From positions 1-29,714 of the IMG/VR virus record IMGVR_UViG_3300025653_000183: a stretch of DNA of 29,714 nucleotides; one strand, 5' to 3'. The translations under genes and the position numbers were made by a program. Position 1 is the stretch's first letter, and every line of letters starts with the position of its first letter. This document shows, piece by piece, positions 26,544 through 29,714 of the stretch. This stretch comes from a virus (Duplodnaviria; Caudoviricetes). The notes under the pieces are model-generated. The model was given only the letters and a program-made list of their open reading frames with translations. It did no database searches and had not been told where the DNA came from.

Positions 26544-29500
26544 TATAATCTTCCTACTACAATTTCAACAACGCCCTTCCCGTCGTCGGTTTTTTCTCCT
26601 ACTGCCTTACCTAAGACAGTTCCTATCCTTGGATCATTATCAACTATTGCGTAACCAGGTATTGCACTTGTTACTAGCATATCACCTTTTGCAACTTTAC
26701 CAATGACCTTACATGGTACACGCCCTTGTAGTGCCAATGGAGTCACATGCTCTCCTTCTAATGCTTCATTCATCAAATGTGCAGGATTTGTACTAACTAC
26801 TCCTGCTACACGTTTATCGCCTTTTGTGTTAGTTACAGTAATTTCTTCAGCACCACCGAACACTAATACAGTGCCATCTTCGTATCGTTCATCAGCGAGA
26901 TAATTTTCAGCTAAATCTGCATATTTAGACTTTGTGCTATATCCAGAAAAAACGTCTCCATGTACAATTGAATAAGGATTACTTACCGTTCCTAAATCAA
27001 CTGGTTGAGTGCTAAGTGGATAAAATCTTGCCCGTTCGTCTGGTTGTGCCTCAGTGCCTACATCAACAAAATCCATCTTGTAACGTGCTGCGCCTCCTAA
27101 CCACCAAACCATAGAGTCTGCTGAAACATTTGTATCTGCTTCTGAGCCTTGACCAGATGTTCCTAGTAATAATGCTGCTCCTGTATTGTTTGTTTTATTA
27201 ATTTGTAAACTACCTACTCCGCTGGTATAAACAAATTGACCAGATACATACTTGCTACCAACTTGGAAATCAGTTGATCCAGGATATACACCTCCTACTC
27301 TAACTTGGCCTTCGCCACCTGATGTGATAATTATATTGTCGTCGTATTTTATAGAACTTGTAAAATTTAAACTACTAGCTTTTAAATCGCCAGATCCATC
27401 TCTTTGAGCAATCGTGCTTGCACTTGCTCCTGTGCTATAGCTTAGGATACCCCAATCACTTGCTGCACCAGATCCTGTTGTACTTGACCTATACATGATA
27501 CCGGCTGTTGCGAAATATGACTTGAGTAAAGATCCTCCGCCTGAAGTAATATCGCTAAAGCTAATAGCAGATACATCTCCTGTACCGGCCTCTGTACGTC
27601 CTAATACTACACCTGAAGACACTTGTGCTATGTTCCCTAGTGCAACACCATTTGCTTTTAATGAAATTAAACCCTTAGCCGATGCAGTGAAATTTGCTGC
27701 TAGAAATGCAGCCGAGCCGCGATCAGCTTGGCTTGAAATTGCATCATCGTCAGCTACGGTTTTTGCAATGTTTAATGAGAGTTTAGATTGTACAATACCT
27801 GCTTGGGAATTTACATCAGCATTTACAATGGAATCATCTCGAATTGCAAAACTTATACTTGCAAAATCTTTTGACCTATTTACAGTAGCAATAATATCAT
27901 TTCCGTTCCAATCTGCGGGAGTGCTTGTTGAAACATGATGTCCTGCATTCGTTATTTCTTCAAAAGATCCGCCGTTTCCGTCTGGTAAAATACTGCCGGT
28001 AAATTCTGCATCTGGATCGACATATGCTCCGCCATACAACGTTCCACCAACGAGAGTTGCAGTCGAGAACGGAGCCGCACCACTAGTGAGTGTATAACTA
28101 ATCCTCCGAACACTGCCGTATAATGGATCTACCACAATGTGTGATTGTATAATAGTGCCTGTTATTGATGCTGATCCAGGATCGGCTGTATTTCTAATCG
28201 CAGTATTATCAGGAAATAAATCTGATGAATTTGCATCTAGATAAAGAACCCAGTTTCCTGTGCTTACAATAAATTCATTCGCCTCTAAATATCCAGGTTC
28301 GCTTGCTGGTGACGTCAAAGGATCAATTGCAGGATCTGGTTGTCTTGTATCTATCATGAAATTTTTCACTTTTGACAGAGGTACACCACCAACTCTTCCA
28401 TCGACATAATTTTTATTTACAGCGTCTGTTCCATCTACTGGGGTACCAAGATTGCGAATCCTATGCTCTTGCAATGTGTTTGGATCAAAACCCATATTTA
28501 GGTTACCTTCCATTGCTACAGTTCCATTTAATGGAAGGAACCCTGGACCTATACGTTGGCTTGAAGCAAGTATAATTGAAGGATTATTTGGATCTATGCC
28601 TAATACACGTTTTATATATGCCCTAATTGCCTTTTCGGTTGGTACAGCTAAATTTGAATCATCAGCAAATTGCTCGTCGGAAGAAAATTCATTAATTGTT
28701 ACACCTTTTTTAAATCCTAATGAATTAGCATTTGATATTCCAACTTCGCCACCAAACGTAATTGCGCCGGTACCTTGATCAACACTAAAGAATCGACCTA
28801 CCCTAAAAAATCCATATTGATCTGTACTAACCCAGAATACCCTGCCTTTTTTCTTTTCCCAAACTTGTGCAGTGCTTTGGAAACCTACATCATTTGTCCA
28901 ATAGTTATCGCTTACCGGCTGTATAGGATCTCCTAGAATCACATTTGGATAATTAGAAGTATTATAGCCACCTGTTCCTATTTGTGTAAAATCGTGTCCT
29001 GTTGCTCTGAGCAATGATATAGCAACGGTAATTTCTCCCGGGGCTCCAACTTCAAGTCCTGCATTAAATATTCTGTTAAAATTATCGCCATTGCCGTCTT
29101 GTACTGGTTCAACAAGTCCACTTGCTACATTTGTTAAATTTACATCAGCATCTTCAAAGGTTAGTATTGCGTATTCTTGTCCGTCTAATGACGAAATTGT
29201 TGTACCTGTACTTGATAAGTTTGCTAAACTCGTTCCTCTGTATACTGTGTCACCATTTCCAAACGTTCCAGTTCCTGCTATGTCACATATTGTAATAGAA
29301 TTTGCTGTCTTGTTCTGTGTTACCCTACCAACCGCAGTGTACGCTCCGTCAGCACCATTTGCTATGTATTCGTCTATTGATGTGGTTAAACTTCCGGAAA
29401 TATTTAATTGGGTTACATCATTAAAATATCCTGTAACTCTATGCGTTTTTCCTTTAAATGAAAATACTTTTGGACTTGTAGGGTTAACAACTCTTTCGCT

Positions 29501-29713
29501 GTCGGTTTCAAATCCTGGACCGGGTAGTGTTTTAATAGCTAATCTGGTATCTCCTTGTGTGCTGCCGCAACCACCGTCCATGTAAGTTTCTACTGTGCCG
29601 TCTGCTTGCTGACCAAAACTTTCAATTGGAATTACTTCAAAATTTTGTTCTATAGTAGCTCTAACTTTGTCAGATTTATTTGCTGCTACACTTCCGATAT
29701 AAATTGATTGTGC
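26543..29713 (-). CDS. Large tail fibre protein, 3' part (5' end lies outside the window)
   Basis: The frame has no stop between 29581 and the window end, so the listed Met is internal. Contains the fibre motif DAVNKNYVD and a C-terminal YADLAE...ALQGRVP domain paralogous to that of the 3120-aa protein. Confidence 0.85.
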   Translation of the reverse strand, partial: AQSIYIGSVAANKSDKVRATIEQNFEVIPIESFGQQADGTVETYMDGGCGSTQGDTRLAIKTLPGPGFETDSERVVNPTSPKVFSFKGKTHRVTGYFNDVTQLNISGSLTTSIDEYIANGADGAYTAVGRVTQNKTANSITICDIAGTGTFGNGDTVYRGTSLANLSSTGTTISSLDGQEYAILTFEDADVNLTNVASGLVEPVQDGNGDNFNRIFNAGLEVGAPGEITVAISLLRATGHDFTQIGTGGYNTSNYPNVILGDPIQPVSDNYWTNDVGFQSTAQVWEKKKGRVFWVSTDQYGFFRVGRFFSVDQGTGAITFGGEVGISNANSLGFKKGVTINEFSSDEQFADDSNLAVPTEKAIRAYIKRVLGIDPNNPSIILASSQRIGPGFLPLNGTVAMEGNLNMGFDPNTLQEHRIRNLGTPVDGTDAVNKNYVDGRVGGVPLSKVKNFMIDTRQPDPAIDPLTSPASEPGYLEANEFIVSTGNWVLYLDANSSDLFPDNTAIRNTADPGSASITGTIIQSHIVVDPLYGSVRRISYTLTSGAAPFSTATLVGGTLYGGAYVDPDAEFTGSILPDGNGGSFEEITNAGHHVSTSTPADWNGNDIIATVNRSKDFASISFAIRDDSIVNADVNSQAGIVQSKLSLNIAKTVADDDAISSQADRGSAAFLAANFTASAKGLISLKANGVALGNIAQVSSGVVLGRTEAGTGDVSAISFSDITSGGGSLLKSYFATAGIMYRSSTTGSGAASDWGILSYSTGASASTIAQRDGSGDLKASSLNFTSSIKYDDNIIITSGGEGQVRVGGVYPGSTDFQVGSKYVSGQFVYTSGVGSLQINKTNNTGAALLLGTSGQGSEADTNVSADSMVWWLGGAARYKMDFVDVGTEAQPDERARFYPLSTQPVDLGTVSNPYSIVHGDVFSGYSTKSKYADLAENYLADERYEDGTVLVFGGAEEITVTNTKGDKRVAGVVSTNPAHLMNEALEGEHVTPLALQGRVPCKVIGKVAKGDMLVTSAIPGYAIVDNDPRIGTVLGKAVGEKTDDGKGVVEIVVGRL

Positions 29714-29714
29714 T

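Noticed and set aside
29579-29581. ATG at 29581 as the start of the last fibre gene
   Set aside because: The frame stays open to the window edge, so the true start is upstream.
250-29585. Numerous + strand ORFs of 60-165 aa (e.g. 16107-16595, 27495-27938, 29091-29585) and minus-strand 4708-5019 and 6546-6749
   Set aside because: They lie antisense to, or out of frame within, well-supported genes and show no recognisable motifs. They are the shadow ORFs expected from codon bias.
1-29714. Stop-codon reassignment, as seen in some large phages
   Set aside because: Genes are intact under code 11, and TAG (5338, 10147, 11482), TGA and TAA all end genes at sensible boundaries.
1-29714. CRISPR array, tRNA, intron/intein, or diversity-generating retroelement
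   Set aside because: Intergenic gaps are short. I saw no spaced repeats, cloverleaf, splicing motifs, reverse transcriptase or near-identical TR/VR pair. The two fibre C-termini differ at all base types. Not checked computationally.

Overview
This window is part of a large, AT-rich, lytic tailed phage genome (T4-like/jumbo myovirus style, standard code 11). A two-component spanin points to a Gram-negative host, and the FdxA ferredoxin suggests an alphaproteobacterium. Every credible gene is on the minus strand except phoH. Read in transcription order (right to left), there are three blocks. (1) Tail/baseplate: a partial giant fibre, a 723-aa protein with a cupredoxin-like site, a fibre chaperone, a 3120-aa fibre, and gp9/gp10-like and Ig-repeat baseplate proteins. 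(2) Replication/metabolism: a stand-alone DnaE fragment, GroES, two MazG-like proteins, a lipoprotein, an RFC-type clamp loader, FdxA, ThyX, dCMP deaminase and PhoH. (3) Lysis region: a GH19 endolysin, i- and o-spanins, a mini-MscS, a holin-like protein, a thermonuclease and the start of a DnaJ. The most striking observation is three tandem phycobiliprotein-like (globin-fold) domains, each keeping the bilin-site K-C-x-R-D motif, inserted into the beta-helix of the 3120-aa fibre. A nearby virion protein has an intact type-1 copper ligand set. Other highlights are an intein-less DnaE that stops just before the catalytic PDID motif, a truncated MscS behind a candidate RNA switch, and a recurring [GA][AC]TAA[AG]TA late-promoter motif. 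All calls come from reading motifs by eye; no searches were run.
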